Source: an uncultured Hyphomicrobiales bacterium (GTDB lineage Bacteria > Bacteroidota > Ignavibacteria > Kapaibacteriales > UBA2268). From it: a DNA stretch of 64,000 bases. Location of the stretch: NCBI GenBank assembly GCA_964462685.1, contig CAYWYR010000006.1, positions 79,687 to 143,686 on the forward strand. The letters run 5' to 3'. A program made the translations under genes and the position numbers. Below are positions 47,995-58,855 of this stretch, one piece after another (the first letter of the stretch is position 1; each line of letters begins with the position of its first letter). Below the pieces are notes generated by a model, which was not told where the DNA came from, made no database searches, and saw only the letters and a list, made by a program, of their open reading frames with translations.

Positions 47995-50900
47995 TTACTT
48001 TTTCAGGAAAGTACCTGTAAAGCTTTTATCGTCTTCTTGATATTCTATGATGTATGTACCTGTAGATAGATTGTCAAGGTCAATACTGAAATCCCCACCT
48101 TGTGCGTTCACAGTCGTAACAAGCGATCCGCTCATATCATAGATATTTATCGAGCCGCCGTTTGCCATTTCAGATAGCGATACATTTAGGGTTTCTATCG
48201 CCGGATTAGGGAACATATCAGCGATTTCATCGATACTTCTAACGCTTACGTTAGTCTGAATAAGCTCCTGCATAACCCCGTTTGGCAGTACTATGTAAGG
48301 TTTAACGATCATTTCGCTCGTTGCATTCGGCTGATTAGTGATATCAGCCAAGCCAGATAGTACTATGGTACCTGTTGAGTAATCAGGATTATCTGTCGGT
48401 AGGCCATATATCCTTCCGCTCATAGGGTTGATAATATCCAGATTATTGAAGGCGATGTAGGAATTCTGAGAATCATCCAAAGATAAATAATCAGTAAGTT
48501 CCTGATAATCCAGATCCGCTACTACTGTTGTATCAGATTCTGTGAATACCTCTACATCAACCATACCTAAATCGATAGAGCCGTGATATACATTGAAATC
48601 AAATTCACCGTTCATGTCGGCATCGTTTCTCGCTGGCTCTATACTTAGCACTATTTCTCTTTCACGGCCTTCACCCATATTATAATTACTGGTCAAGGTC
48701 ACGCCAGTTATCATAGCTGTATAGTACATACCTTCCTGCAGCCCTGTTAAGTCGAAAGTAGCTAACTGTAGCTCGTTTACATCATTTGATGATGATAGAT
48801 TCACTGAGATTTCGCTGTCTGCTACTGGTACAGGAAGGAATGTAGTGGCTTCTCTGAACCTGAAGTTATCAAGCTCCATATTCTTTTCATCGTTGATATA
48901 GACATCGATATTTCTAATACTCTCATCTGGCGAGTTATGGATTACCTGAACGAAAGCGATAGGGTCATCTGGCTTAATGCTGAGTTCTAATACCGTACCA
49001 TCGCTTGCGGCTGCAAATAGCCCGAAACTACTGGATGTAGGGACATTTCCCTGCCCCTCATTATCTATAGTTACAAATCCTGATGCAAACACTGTTAAAG
49101 AAGAATTAGCAAAGCCTGATAAAGGAGCAACATAAGTTTCGATGATCGTCTCATCTTGCCCAGCAGGGGTTAGAAATAGATCATAATCCATTGCAGTCAA
49201 CTCCAGGTACGCAGTATATTCACTGTAATCTAAATTAGATATGATCGGGTCGGATTCTATTGCGGTATAAATATCCACTGGCGGAGCGTCAGTTGATCCG
49301 TGGTGTACTACAAGGCCAACATTAGTGTCGTCCATAGGTGTCATCATAGTTGGGACTAAATCGATTTCAAAACCGATCCCTCTGTTAGAATCATATTGCT
49401 CAAAGTCTTCACCCAGTACACCGTAGGCCATAGCCACGCTGTAGGAGTTTTCATCAAGTTCAGGTGTCGTGATAGTATAAAGCACGTTTACTGAATCACT
49501 ATTCGGCGCATCCGGGGCTGTAACCTCTATCAAGTGTGCTGTATTTGCCGGTATCTCTATATATGACGTAGCCTCTCTGAAGGAGATATTATCAAGTGCA
49601 GGTAGAAGCAAGTCGTTTACATAAACATCGACTGTTTCAGCAAGCGGATCGGCAGAGTTGTGAATCACCTGAAGGAATGCTACCGGATCTGCCTGATCAT
49701 CGTTTTTCAGGTCGATTACCGTACCGTCTTCCAATGCTAAGAAAAGCCCGAAAGCGCTTGACGTATCCACCTCGCCGTTTCTCTCATCTTCTACAGTCAA
49801 GAAACCAGACGCGAAAATCACACCGGTCTGGCCATCAAAAAGCCCTAAGTTCGCAGGGAAAGTATCAACAACAGTTTTAGATGTAGCAGGAGTAACTATC
49901 AGATCGTAAGCCTGTGCGTCAACTTCAAGGAAGTCAGTCGCTGTTCCATAAGAGAGGTTATCGATCAGTGGACTGCCTGATAGATCGGTATATATATCAA
50001 CCGTAGGGGCATCGGTCGCTCCGTGTGCTGCTATCATACCGAAATTATTATCGTCCAGTGGTTCCATCATCGTAGGATAAAGGCTTACCATAAACTGTAT
50101 GTTTCTCGCTGCATCTGGATTCTGGAATCCAGATCTCACAACACCCTCTGCAACCGCTACATGGTAAGTATTGTCTTCCATTGCAGGCAGTGTGATGCTG
50201 TAAAGCTGTTTATCTTCCGAGTTCCCTGCATCGCTATCGGTGATCTTGATTACATTCTGAGTGAAAGCTTCTATAGGTAGATAATCCGTAGCCTCTCTGA
50301 AAGAGATGTTGTCCAATGCTGGAAGCAGTACATCATTTACGTAAACATCAACTGTTTCAACTCTCGGATCGGGAGAGTTGTGAATAACCTGAACGTAGGC
50401 TGGAGGTTCTTCGTCTGCTGTGATAAGTCTTATCACAGTACCTTGGGAAGTTACGGCAAATAACCCAAAATCCCTGTTGAGTGTATCGCCCGCAAGCGGC
50501 TCATCTTCTTTTGATACGAGCCCTGAAGCGAAAACGAACAACGACTGATTCGCGAGATCATCAAGTCTTGCGATGTAAGTTTCGATAATATCTGCTTGAT
50601 CTGAAGGTGTCAGAATCAGCTCGTATCTCATTGGGTCTATCTCTAGATAATCTGTGGCTTGTCCGTAGTTCAGGTCGTCGATAAGTCTGTTTTGCAGACT
50701 ACCTGCATACACATCTACATCCGGGGCATCGGTAGCGCCGTGTGCTACTACCAAGCCTACTTTAGCGGAATCAGAAGGCATCATTTCAGTAGAGTAGAGA
50801 TTTAGTTCAAAACTTATATCTCGGTTTTCAGCCCCTGCTGTAAAGTTTGTATCCGCTGTGCCATTAGCAACTGCGATATGGTATGAGTCAATTGCCAATG

Positions 50901-52617
50901 CCGGAATATCCATCATATATAAAGTATTGTCATCAGCATCTGTAGCGTCAGGGGCAGTTATTTTAACTGTGTTTATCACTCCTGCTTCAATCGGTAGGAA
51001 TGATGTCGCTTCTCTATACATGATATTATCTAGTGCTGGTACTAGTTCATCGTTTATATAAACATCTACTTCGCTTAATGCAGGCTGTGGGGAATTGTGC
51101 ACTATCTGAACAAATGCCTCATCTACATCCTCTTCTAATTCTATAACAGTACCATCTGATTGTGCTAAGTAAAGACCAAAATTTCTGTTAGCCCCTATAC
51201 TGCCGTCTTTTTCATCACGATAGGTGTCAAACCCTGATGCAAATACAAAGAATGACTTTTCCTCAGTATTTCTAAGATCAGCATTGAATCTGCCGTAAAC
51301 GATGTTTCTGTTCATCGTGTCTGTCAATACCAGATCGTAATCATTTGAAGGAACTTCAACAAAGTCAGTTGCTTCACTATATTCTAGATTGTCGACCAAT
51401 GGAATAGTATCTCCTGCTACATATACATCAATACTTGGTACATCGGTTGCGCCGTGTGCCACAACTAAGCCAGTGTTTTGGCTACTTGCTGTACTGCCCA
51501 TTGTATTATATAAGTCTATCTCAAACGATAGATCACGTCCAGTTTCACCAGCCTTGAAACCCGTATCAACCACACCATGAGCCATTGCTACATAATATTT
51601 GTTGTTTTCAAGCGGCGGTAGCGTTATAGAATAAAGAGTGTTATCATTTGAGCTGTCCGCGTCAAATGCCGTAACCTTTAGTTCGTGTGACTCGCTAGCT
51701 GGTAGTGATAGATATTCGGTAGCTGTTCTGAATGATACGTCATCAAGTTGGTCTAAAAGCATGTCGTTAACGTAGATATCGACAACAGATATATCAGGAT
51801 CGGGTGCATTGTGTACAACCTGTACATTTGCGAATTCAAGCAAGCTCTCTAGGGCTAATTCATAAACATTTCCATCTCTCTGTGCTGATAGTAGTTTCAG
51901 ATCATAAGTCTCAGGCACGCTGACCAATGCTCTGTTCTGTGGGGTTACAAGGCCTGAAGCAAACAGTATCTCTGTTGTACCGGTATTGTCGTCATCTACT
52001 TTAAGATTGTAAGTAACAAGTGCTGTAGTCGGGGCAATAGTGCTAAACGCTTTTATCTCGTATACACCTACTGGTAGGTTCTTTATGCCTGTTGCGTTAC
52101 CATAAGTTAGAGTGCTTGCTATGTCGTAAACTGTTCCTGAGGTATCTGTAGCTGTTACATTAAGCGGTGGGGCATCGATAACGCCATGGAACAGATTGAT
52201 ACTCATAGAGTCAGAAGCGGTGCTATCCTGAGACCCTTCTATGGTATAAATATCCAGATCTATATCACTTGCGAAAACACTGGAGAAGTTACCGAGCGTT
52301 CCGTTGATCATAATAGCATAATCCATATCATCCATTAGCACTGGTGTGCTGATGGAGTCGATTATCGCGTTATACTGCCCAGTACTGCCAGGCTGTGCTA
52401 TTTTAATCTGTAAGGGAGCGTTCGGTGTAACCGAAAAATAAGGTGTGGCTTCTTGGAAATTTACGTCATCGGAAGCAGCGGTTTTTACGCCGTTGACATA
52501 AACGTCAACCGTAGCCGCACCGTCGAAAGATGCATTATGTATGATTTGAACATTGGTATCGGACTTCGCCAAAAGGAAGCCGGCCATCAGGCCAACAAAA
52601 ATTTGTATATATTTCAT
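47995..52617 (-). CDS. Giant secreted protein built of six DUF4397-like repeats with T9SS C-terminal sorting domain
   Basis: Signal peptide. Six ~235-aa repeats each contain VQVIHNSPDP...VDVYVNDxLLPALDNISFREAT and VVAHGATDAPxVDVY blocks. The C-terminus ends ...GTYIIEYQEDDKSFTGTFLKK. Confidence 0.6.
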   Translation of the reverse strand: MKYIQIFVGLMAGFLLAKSDTNVQIIHNASFDGAATVDVYVNGVKTAASDDVNFQEATPYFSVTPNAPLQIKIAQPGSTGQYNAIIDSISTPVLMDDMDYAIMINGTLGNFSSVFASDIDLDIYTIEGSQDSTASDSMSINLFHGVIDAPPLNVTATDTSGTVYDIASTLTYGNATGIKNLPVGVYEIKAFSTIAPTTALVTYNLKVDDDNTGTTEILFASGLVTPQNRALVSVPETYDLKLLSAQRDGNVYELALESLLEFANVQVVHNAPDPDISVVDIYVNDMLLDQLDDVSFRTATEYLSLPASESHELKVTAFDADSSNDNTLYSITLPPLENNKYYVAMAHGVVDTGFKAGETGRDLSFEIDLYNTMGSTASSQNTGLVVAHGATDVPSIDVYVAGDTIPLVDNLEYSEATDFVEVPSNDYDLVLTDTMNRNIVYGRFNADLRNTEEKSFFVFASGFDTYRDEKDGSIGANRNFGLYLAQSDGTVIELEEDVDEAFVQIVHNSPQPALSEVDVYINDELVPALDNIMYREATSFLPIEAGVINTVKITAPDATDADDNTLYMMDIPALAIDSYHIAVANGTADTNFTAGAENRDISFELNLYSTEMMPSDSAKVGLVVAHGATDAPDVDVYAGSLQNRLIDDLNYGQATDYLEIDPMRYELILTPSDQADIIETYIARLDDLANQSLFVFASGLVSKEDEPLAGDTLNRDFGLFAVTSQGTVIRLITADEEPPAYVQVIHNSPDPRVETVDVYVNDVLLPALDNISFREATDYLPIEAFTQNVIKITDSDAGNSEDKQLYSITLPAMEDNTYHVAVAEGVVRSGFQNPDAARNIQFMVSLYPTMMEPLDDNNFGMIAAHGATDAPTVDIYTDLSGSPLIDNLSYGTATDFLEVDAQAYDLIVTPATSKTVVDTFPANLGLFDGQTGVIFASGFLTVEDERNGEVDTSSAFGLFLALEDGTVIDLKNDDQADPVAFLQVIHNSADPLAETVDVYVNDLLLPALDNISFREATSYIEIPANTAHLIEVTAPDAPNSDSVNVLYTITTPELDENSYSVAMAYGVLGEDFEQYDSNRGIGFEIDLVPTMMTPMDDTNVGLVVHHGSTDAPPVDIYTAIESDPIISNLDYSEYTAYLELTAMDYDLFLTPAGQDETIIETYVAPLSGFANSSLTVFASGFVTIDNEGQGNVPTSSSFGLFAAASDGTVLELSIKPDDPIAFVQVIHNSPDESIRNIDVYINDEKNMELDNFRFREATTFLPVPVADSEISVNLSSSNDVNELQLATFDLTGLQEGMYYTAMITGVTLTSNYNMGEGREREIVLSIEPARNDADMNGEFDFNVYHGSIDLGMVDVEVFTESDTTVVADLDYQELTDYLSLDDSQNSYIAFNNLDIINPMSGRIYGLPTDNPDYSTGTIVLSGLADITNQPNATSEMIVKPYIVLPNGVMQELIQTNVSVRSIDEIADMFPNPAIETLNVSLSEMANGGSINIYDMSGSLVTTVNAQGGDFSIDLDNLSTGTYIIEYQEDDKSFTGTFLKK
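48840..52560. repeat. Six divergent tandem DNA repeat units (~715-bp period) underlying the DUF4397 protein repeats
   Basis: Recurrent blocks such as tctctgaaRgagatRtt...gttgtgaatMacctgaac at ~48843, 49578, 50292, 51009, 51722, 52441. Confidence 0.6.
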
Positions 52618-52784
52618 AGGTTGTAACCTCAGAAAGTTTTTTAAGAATGAATTGAATTATTACCTTGTATATAGTTTATAAGTGTCTTATATTGTAGATT
52701 GGTCGCATCAGTAGAGCTCTTTATATACTTTATTTTGAAGCTCGTCCTGCTGAATAAATATTGTTTTTCAACAAAAAATAGATA

Positions 52785-53675
52785 TTGCATAAATACACTC
52801 ATAAACCATTGATAGATAGACCTTCGGGTGTATTTACTTCTATAGAGCTTTTCTGTTTAATCGTGGTGGTGACGTTAGGTTTAAGTGGCGAAGCTGTTAG
52901 CCAAAGTGATATCATAAATACTGGAGGTAGTGTAGTTAGTTCAGATATTGACAGAACAAAATTCAAAATGGCTTCCAACTACAGAATAGGTATCCATTAC
53001 TCTACTTACGGTACTTCATCCTCAGATGCCTATTATGATTTCCTTTTACTAAATGAAGCTGGCCCAGATCCAAATACATCAATGTTTGATATAGGGCTTG
53101 GATTTGGCTATGATTTGCCTATATATAACCGTTTCTTTCTGCCGATTGAATTAAGTGTAGGATACGGACAGTCAGATATTATAGGTAATGTTCAGAGACT
53201 GATCTTTACCAGCGGTACCGGTTCAGATACTGAGTTAGCAACATTAGAGTATATTACTGAATCTGACATGTTCTTGCTTGATATCGGCACGGGCCTCGGC
53301 TATGAATATGAAGATTTTTATCTGACATTCACTGGCGGTGTGATTTCCTTTACTGGAGAAGGTACTAGTACTGAAAATCTAATCGCTGACGGCACGCTTA
53401 CCGGCTCTGGGGAAACAGAACTCCCGATTCTTGATATATCTAAGATAATCGGATATATCGGGACCAACTTATCTTTACCATTAATTGGACGAGGCTGTGG
53501 AGATAATCAACGAGAAATACTGTCATTCGACTTTGGGGCAAATATGTTTTTCGGTGATTTAGATGAGATATTTGAAATGAACTATAATCTTACTTTCGGT
53601 TTAAATTATAACTTCAGAACCTACGAGCCTATCAACGGTAATATAGAATCTCCAATCTCGCCAGGGGGCAAATAA
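52785..53675 (+). CDS. Hypothetical outer-membrane-type beta-rich protein, stop overlapping lipB start (TAATG)
   Basis: Hydrophobic N-terminal segment, Gly/Tyr/Thr-rich alternating pattern; no domain recognised. Confidence 0.3.
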   Translation: MHKYTHKPLIDRPSGVFTSIELFCLIVVVTLGLSGEAVSQSDIINTGGSVVSSDIDRTKFKMASNYRIGIHYSTYGTSSSDAYYDFLLLNEAGPDPNTSMFDIGLGFGYDLPIYNRFFLPIELSVGYGQSDIIGNVQRLIFTSGTGSDTELATLEYITESDMFLLDIGTGLGYEYEDFYLTFTGGVISFTGEGTSTENLIADGTLTGSGETELPILDISKIIGYIGTNLSLPLIGRGCGDNQREILSFDFGANMFFGDLDEIFEMNYNLTFGLNYNFRTYEPINGNIESPISPGGK

Positions 53676-54331
53676 TGGCTATTGAAGTGATAGATATAGG
53701 GCTAACTGATTATAATGAGGCATGGGACTACCAAAAAGTGCTGGTAGATAAAGTAAAGAAAGATCGTAATGATGGATATTTGGTCTTCTGCGAACACCCT
53801 TCTGTTATTACTCTAGGGAAAAACGGCTCCTACGACAATATCATAGCAAGCGACCGCCAGCTTTCAGATCTCGGTGTATCTGTGATTGAGAACAATAGGG
53901 GAGGAGACGTTACACTCCATAACCCAGGGCAGATAGTGGGATATCCTATAATAAATCTCGAGAATTTCAAGACCGATCTCCACTGGTTTCTCAGGACTAT
54001 TGAAAACAGTCTAATTGATCTGCTGGCAACTATGAACATACAATCAGCTATGTATGAAGGTTATACTGGCGTATGGGTAGAACAGAGCAGGAAAATCGCA
54101 GCGATAGGAATGCACTGTTCCCGCTGGGTCACATCCCACGGTTTTGCCCTGAATACTATAAATGATATCTCAGAGTTCGATTATATCGTACCCTGCGGTA
54201 TCGAAGATAAAAATGTTACTAGTATTAGAAAAGAACTTGAATTATCCAGCAAAGCTGGCACGGATATAGATATGGATAACATTAAGAATACGTTCTCAGC
54301 ATTCTTCGAAAGAAAATTGTCAGAAAAATAA
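53675..54331 (+). CDS. lipB: Lipoyl(octanoyl) transferase
   Basis: LVFCEHPSVITLGKNG, RGGDVTLHNPGQIVGYPI and AAIGMHCSRWVTSHGFALN (catalytic Cys/Lys contexts). Confidence 0.85.
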   Translation: MAIEVIDIGLTDYNEAWDYQKVLVDKVKKDRNDGYLVFCEHPSVITLGKNGSYDNIIASDRQLSDLGVSVIENNRGGDVTLHNPGQIVGYPIINLENFKTDLHWFLRTIENSLIDLLATMNIQSAMYEGYTGVWVEQSRKIAAIGMHCSRWVTSHGFALNTINDISEFDYIVPCGIEDKNVTSIRKELELSSKAGTDIDMDNIKNTFSAFFERKLSEK

Positions 54332-54401
54332 AAGAGTAAGATTTTACAGGCAAAATTTGGTGGATTAACTTAATCTACTTAATTTTGTACTCCAATTTCA
54401 A

Positions 54402-54473
54402 GCGGGAATAGCTCAGTGGTAGAGCACAACCTTGCCAAGGTTGGGGTCGCGAGTTCAAATCTCGTTTCCCGCT
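54402..54473 (+). tRNA. tRNA-Gly (anticodon GCC)
   Basis: GCGGGAATAGCTCAGTGGTAGAGCACAACC-TTGCCAA-GGTTGGGGTCGCGAGTTCAAATCTCGTTTCCCGCT. Confidence 0.9.
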
Positions 54474-54521
54474 CAACGGTTTAGCCGTTAATACGACGAA
54501 AGTCGTATCCTCTTTATGCTG

Positions 54522-54566
54522 CATGCCTTGCTGTCACCCCCCCCCGACTGCAAGGCATTTTTTTTT
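54522..54566 (+). terminator. Intrinsic terminator after tRNA-Gly with C9 homopolymer in the loop
   Basis: ATGCCTTGC...GCAAGGCAT stem, loop contains CCCCCCCCC, followed by T9. Confidence 0.55.
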
Positions 54567-54791
54567 GCGTATTTGTAACTTTTACCTATAACATATTGTT
54601 ATTATATCAGTATGTAAGTAAACGTTCGCTGATTCGTATAATATATATCGCAGTAATTATTATGTACGCGATCGATCCGGCGGCTTTTTAAGTTCATAAA
54701 CTCTAATTAATAGATAAGGCGGCCGATACAGTTTTTTACTTCTTTTCGTAAAATTCGAAGTTTATATAACCCAATAACATCAGGGATAGTT

Positions 54792-57700
54792 ATGAACCGG
54801 TCTATCAGCTTTATCCTCACTTTTGCCATCTGTCTATTAGCTGGCAATCCCTATCTGTATTCACAGTCAGATAATACTCCAGCTGAATATGACTATGAAG
54901 CTGAACTTAATCTCTACGATTTAGACAAATCCGGCCTAATATCTGAACCAGATACTAAACAAACTAATTTAGTCAAGCTCTCTTTAGAAAGCGGCGATCT
55001 TTTTAATCTGAATATCAAACTTGATATCCCGAATAGTAAAAGTGTAATGTATTTTTCCGATATAGAGTTAGGTAACAAACTCATCTATATACCGAACTCT
55101 TCAACCCCAGAAATATCGCTTTCATATAAAGATGATATTATTAATGGCAAGGACATCTTTTATGTATCCAAACCATTTAAGGCTTTTGGTGGCCAGATGG
55201 CAAGGACTATTGAATTGGATTATAAGAAGTTTGCCTCGTTTCTTACCACCCGCAGAATTAGCATTGAAGAACTCACTATCCATATTGCCTTTACAAACTC
55301 GATTGAATACGGTCTAAAAGAAAACTCTCTACCAGCTTTGAACTCATCACTTGTGAGTTCACTTCCAAAGGGCAGTTTATCGAGCCTTTCAAAGAAGAAC
55401 ATTGATTTTAAGAACAGTGCCTCAGCTCCAGTGACTATATCTCAAGGGAACGCATTACAATTGAACATAAATGAGACTGGCATTTACAGGTTGACGGCCC
55501 AGCAGATCCAAAATGCGGGTTTACAGGTGGATAACGGTCGCCTTGATAAGCTTGTGCTTTTAGGTTCGGGGGGCGCTGATCTGCCAAGAGAAGTGGATAT
55601 CGATTATATCAACTCCTTGTCCCGCATCCCACTTACAATCAATAGTTCTGGCGGCCAGCTGACGGATATAGTATTTTATGCCAATAACGGCAGAGGCTTT
55701 AAAAAAGAAGGCAACAGTTACGAACACTTTATAAACACCTATGAAAAAAATGTAAAGTACGTACTGGCTTATGCTGATAATCCAGTAGCTCCGATCTTGC
55801 CAAAAGCGGCTGCTACCGGTGAGGTGGTCAACCGCCCTGATAGTTATATTCACCGTCAGTTTCATGAAGAAGATATTGTTAATCTGTATGATTTTGGTGG
55901 TGGTAGAGACTTTTTAGGCGAGGTTCTGAACCAGTCTAAGGTTTACACAGATGAGGTTCATAATATCGTTCCTGGTTCAGAGATAGAATACTATTTCTCA
56001 CTTGCCCACCGTAGCGGTTCTAAGGGATCTTTTGATATACAGATGAACGGAGAAGATTATCCTATACCCTTCACGCTGAATAATACCAGTAATACATACA
56101 TTTCCTACTCCAGAAAACTAAGATCGCATAATCTACCGGCCAGCACTATAAATGGCAATACCTCCAGTATTATGTTCGAGTACCAGCCTACATCGATATC
56201 CGGTATTGGATATCTGGATTACTATATATTCCAGTATGAAAGATCGCTAAGGGCTATCAATAACAGCATAACATTATTTGCTGATCCTGATATGGTAGGT
56301 ATAACCGAGTTTAATATTGACGGATTCGAGGAGAACAATCCTAAATACGTCTATGATATAACTGATCCCAATAATCCAATTCAATTGACCGATGTTTCAA
56401 ATACCGCAAACAGAGTGGTCATTAGGGATGATCTAAACAGTTCTGAGAAAATATACTACGCATCGTGTGATATCAAAACACCAGGTACACAGTCTATTCA
56501 GCTTGCCGGACTTTCAGCTAAAGACTATACAGGGGTTGATATGATTCTTGTAACCCACCCTGAGCTTATGGAAAGTGCTCAGGCATTTGCTGATTACAGA
56601 AGCAATAACTCTGGGCTGAATATTGAGATAGTTAACATACTTGATATTTATAAAGAGTTCGGCGGTGGTAACAAAGATATACTCGCCGTAAGAAATTTCC
56701 TTTCATATCATTTCAACCATCTGGAAGATCCTTTTCAGTATGTATTCTTCTGGGGGCATGGCCATTACGATTTCAGAAATATAAATTTCGCAGAAAAAAA
56801 TCTCGTGCCCACATATCAGAGTAACGAAAAAGATACTACTGTAATTAGTGAGGAAAATAATTACTCCACTGACGATATTCTTATCGCACTCGGTGAAGAA
56901 AGTAACGGCGGAAGATTATACCCTTCTGTAGCAACTGGAAGGATGCCGATTAAAAATAATTCTGATGGATTTAAATATCTGCAGAAACTTAGTGATTATG
57001 AGAACAACTCCGATAGCGGACGCTGGAGACATTCAATACTTCTCACTGCCGACGACGGATTCACCCAAAGTGGTAGCGGAAATGAAGGTGATATGCACAG
57101 TGGTGCATCCGAGGGGATAGCTAATGAAATCCTGCCGAATTCACTATACCAAACCAAGATTTACCTTTCAGAATTTGAAGAGCTTATCGGCGGTGGCCGC
57201 AGGCGCGGAAGAAAAGGCGCTAGGCAGGCACTTTTGGATTATTTTACCAACGAGAGCGCGGCAATAGTCAACTGGACAGGACACGGGAACCCTGGCGTTT
57301 GGGCGCATGAAAACTTCTTTGTGGTAGATGCCGACCTGCCCCAGCTCGACAATTACGACAAACTCCCGTACATAATTGCCGCTACCTGCGATTTCTCTCG
57401 TTTCGATCACCCAACAAATGTATCAGGTGGAGAAAAGTTCGTAATTAAAGAAGATGGCGGTTCGATAGGGATGTTCGCTGCTACGAGATTGGTATTCGTT
57501 TCAAGTAATGAGTATTTATCAAGAAGACTTTATGCCGCCCAAACGCGGCTTAGGGAGAACGGTGAATATCCAACAGTAGGGATGGCAGCTATGGAAGCAA
57601 AGTATAGTAACGGTGCTGGGTCTGATGCTAATGATTGGAAATACCTCCTTTTCGCCGATCCTTCCATGAGACTTATCATACCTACAAACTCAGCTTCTCT

Positions 57701-58778
57701 TACCGAGTTAAACGGTAACGCGATAAGCGAAACCCAAGAAGTATTTGAGTTGAAAGGTATGCAGAAAATTGATATTAAGGGTCAGCTAAAAGACGCTTTC
57801 GGCAACCCGATGAATGATTTTGACGGGCAGATGAGTGTTATCATACATGATGGTGATAGGGAACTTATATATACCGATTTTGATAGCGAAGAATATAATA
57901 TGGTAGAATACGGTGGGGCGCTCAATAAAATCAATCTTCCCGTTTCCGGTGGTAGTTTTAAAGGAAGCTTTTTCCTGCCAAAAGATATTTCATATAGTGA
58001 GAATCACGGAAGAATCTTTTTCTACGCAAAAGAAAATGAAGGAAACCGCACTGCTAAAGGTACATTTACTGATTTTGTGATCAATGGGCTTGCTAATGTC
58101 AGCAGCGTAGTAGATAATGCAGGCCCTGAGATTGAGCTGTATATGGATCACCCCGATTTTGAAAGCTGTGATGAGGTAGCTTCAACCACCACTCTTTACG
58201 CAGAGCTTCGAGACCAGTCAGGCATTAACGCGACAGGAGTGGGTATTGGGCACAACTTAGAAGCTTGGATCGGTACTTCACCTGATAAGATCGATCTTTC
58301 AGGTAATTATACAACTTCGCTGGATGAGTTCGGTCTTGGTACAACTTACACTACGCTCGAAGATCTGGAGCCAGGCCAATACACGATAACTGTAAGGGCT
58401 TGGGATATATTCAATAATTTCAGTGTAGCGAGCACATGCTTTACAGTCGAAGAAGATGCCGATAGGCAAGCACTCAGAAACACATACCCTTACCCTAACC
58501 CATTTGATGAAGCTTCCAATATCAAAATCAGGCACAGTCTGCCTACCCCATTTGATGTAAGGGTCAGGATCAGTGATATTGCTGGTAATCAGGTGGATAA
58601 CTTTATCAGCACAGTTACTGATGGATTCTACGGGGAGGTATCATGGAATCCGACTGATAGAGGCCTTAATCTGAACACCGGTACCTATTATTATACTGTT
58701 GAAAGTATAAACACATCAATTACGAACCCAGACGATAACAATATCGTCTATGGTAAAATGTTATATATCAAGCCATGA
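54792..58778 (+). CDS. porU: Peptidase C25 (gingipain-like) family protein, probable T9SS C-terminal signal peptidase PorU
   Basis: C25-family segment MILVTHPELMESAQAFADYRSNNSGLNIEIVNILDIYKEFGGG, ~1330 aa, C-terminal beta-sandwich CTD, immediately followed by a PorV-like gene as in Porphyromonas/Flavobacterium. Confidence 0.55.
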   Translation: MNRSISFILTFAICLLAGNPYLYSQSDNTPAEYDYEAELNLYDLDKSGLISEPDTKQTNLVKLSLESGDLFNLNIKLDIPNSKSVMYFSDIELGNKLIYIPNSSTPEISLSYKDDIINGKDIFYVSKPFKAFGGQMARTIELDYKKFASFLTTRRISIEELTIHIAFTNSIEYGLKENSLPALNSSLVSSLPKGSLSSLSKKNIDFKNSASAPVTISQGNALQLNINETGIYRLTAQQIQNAGLQVDNGRLDKLVLLGSGGADLPREVDIDYINSLSRIPLTINSSGGQLTDIVFYANNGRGFKKEGNSYEHFINTYEKNVKYVLAYADNPVAPILPKAAATGEVVNRPDSYIHRQFHEEDIVNLYDFGGGRDFLGEVLNQSKVYTDEVHNIVPGSEIEYYFSLAHRSGSKGSFDIQMNGEDYPIPFTLNNTSNTYISYSRKLRSHNLPASTINGNTSSIMFEYQPTSISGIGYLDYYIFQYERSLRAINNSITLFADPDMVGITEFNIDGFEENNPKYVYDITDPNNPIQLTDVSNTANRVVIRDDLNSSEKIYYASCDIKTPGTQSIQLAGLSAKDYTGVDMILVTHPELMESAQAFADYRSNNSGLNIEIVNILDIYKEFGGGNKDILAVRNFLSYHFNHLEDPFQYVFFWGHGHYDFRNINFAEKNLVPTYQSNEKDTTVISEENNYSTDDILIALGEESNGGRLYPSVATGRMPIKNNSDGFKYLQKLSDYENNSDSGRWRHSILLTADDGFTQSGSGNEGDMHSGASEGIANEILPNSLYQTKIYLSEFEELIGGGRRRGRKGARQALLDYFTNESAAIVNWTGHGNPGVWAHENFFVVDADLPQLDNYDKLPYIIAATCDFSRFDHPTNVSGGEKFVIKEDGGSIGMFAATRLVFVSSNEYLSRRLYAAQTRLRENGEYPTVGMAAMEAKYSNGAGSDANDWKYLLFADPSMRLIIPTNSASLTELNGNAISETQEVFELKGMQKIDIKGQLKDAFGNPMNDFDGQMSVIIHDGDRELIYTDFDSEEYNMVEYGGALNKINLPVSGGSFKGSFFLPKDISYSENHGRIFFYAKENEGNRTAKGTFTDFVINGLANVSSVVDNAGPEIELYMDHPDFESCDEVASTTTLYAELRDQSGINATGVGIGHNLEAWIGTSPDKIDLSGNYTTSLDEFGLGTTYTTLEDLEPGQYTITVRAWDIFNNFSVASTCFTVEEDADRQALRNTYPYPNPFDEASNIKIRHSLPTPFDVRVRISDIAGNQVDNFISTVTDGFYGEVSWNPTDRGLNLNTGTYYYTVESINTSITNPDDNNIVYGKMLYIKP

Positions 58779-58855
58779 TGTACAAATTTGTTAAGTTTGA
58801 TTTTGGCACGATTATCCGTTAATAAAATAATTTTCCTATAAAAGAAATAGGCATA

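Noticed and set aside
54567-54791. 225-bp AT-rich gap between the tRNA-Gly terminator and porU as a possible ncRNA
   Set aside because: No convincing stable secondary structure, conserved motif or ORF is recognisable by eye. It is more likely the porU promoter/5' UTR region.
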